From Chara braunii (Eukaryota > Plantae > Charophyceae), in contig BFEA01000023.1 of assembly GCA_003427395.1 (NCBI GenBank), positions 4,240,961-4,304,960 of the forward strand: a stretch of 64,000 nt of DNA, given 5' to 3'. The translations under genes were made by a program, and so were the position numbers. Position 1 is the stretch's first letter. Every line of letters starts with the position of its first letter. Under the pieces are notes generated by a model. The model searched no databases. It saw only the letters and a list, made by a program, of their open reading frames with translations, and was not told the DNA's origin. Shown here piece by piece: positions 63,336 through 64,000 of the stretch.

Positions 63336-64000
63336 TGTGGCATACTGCGTAGCCACACGGGCCCTGCAGGGCCCGTCCCGGACATTCAGCCTAAAAGCCT
63401 AAAACTTAGGGCTTACAGGCCCCGTTCGTTTCAGCCTGGATGCAGAAAAACGAGGGCCTGCAGGCCCTACCTCGTTTCAGCCTATTTCTGGGTCTTTTCA
63501 GACCCAGAGTTTTCAGCCTGAAACGGAGGGCCATTTTCAGGCCCTCATTGTTTCGACCTACCCCTAAGACTCAGGCACGGAAACAGGGATGCGGAACAGG
63601 CCCAAAATAGCCTGTTCCTCACGTGCTCGAGCAGGAGCTGCAGCTGCAGCCCCTGCCTCCCTTCGGCAGGCTCAAGAGGCACACCCGTAGTACATAGGAG
63701 ATTCCCATGCACTTCACGGGTAGGTAGTGTTCAGTAGGCACGAGTAGTCTTCAGGATTCTGCCGCAGCACTCAGGAGGAGCGCTGCAGTAGTCTTCAGCG
63801 CTAGGCAGTAGTGGTAGCGCTAGCTGTAGTCTTCGGCGCTGGGGGCCATAGCTGTAGCTGTAGTCTTCAGCGCTGGGCGCTGGTAGGTAGTAGATCGTAG
63901 AGTGGGAGAGAGACTGGCGGAGGCCAGTGTTACTTACCTGTGGCGCCATCGCTCCAGCTCCATCTTCGTGGTACCTGCATCAAGGCGCCAACTTCACAGG
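63336..64000. repeat. LTR-like repeat (inverted copy of 41064-41619), truncated by the window end
   Basis: Near-identical reverse complement with one ~13-bp indel; starts TGTGGCATAC. Confidence 0.75.

Overview
Repeat-saturated eukaryotic nuclear DNA from a draft assembly, with N gaps and two Nextera mate-pair junction adapters left in. The plant-type U2/U6 snRNA, plastid psbC and mitochondrial atp9/cox1 fragments point to a green plant; atp9 reads GAGCATI rather than land-plant GAGAATI, which weakly suggests a streptophyte alga. Only one host gene is recognisable: two exons of a VOC/glyoxalase-I-like gene on + (33962-34073 and 43397-43780, 9.3-kb intron); its first exon was not found. The rest is decayed L1/Tx1-type LINEs, tRNA-derived SINEs, hAT, MULE, Tourist and pogo-like non-autonomous DNA elements, a very dense TTAA-flanked MITE family, an LTR-like repeat present twice in inverted orientation, and micro/minisatellites. 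The most notable signal is apparent capture of abundant cellular RNAs by retrotransposition. A mitochondrial atp9 fragment is fused to a retroelement 3' end plus poly(A) inside one target-site duplication (26573-26836). There are also five U6 copies, a U2-headed poly(A) insert, and ~150-bp psbC and cox1 fragments. All calls were made by eye, so boundaries of degenerate repeats are approximate.
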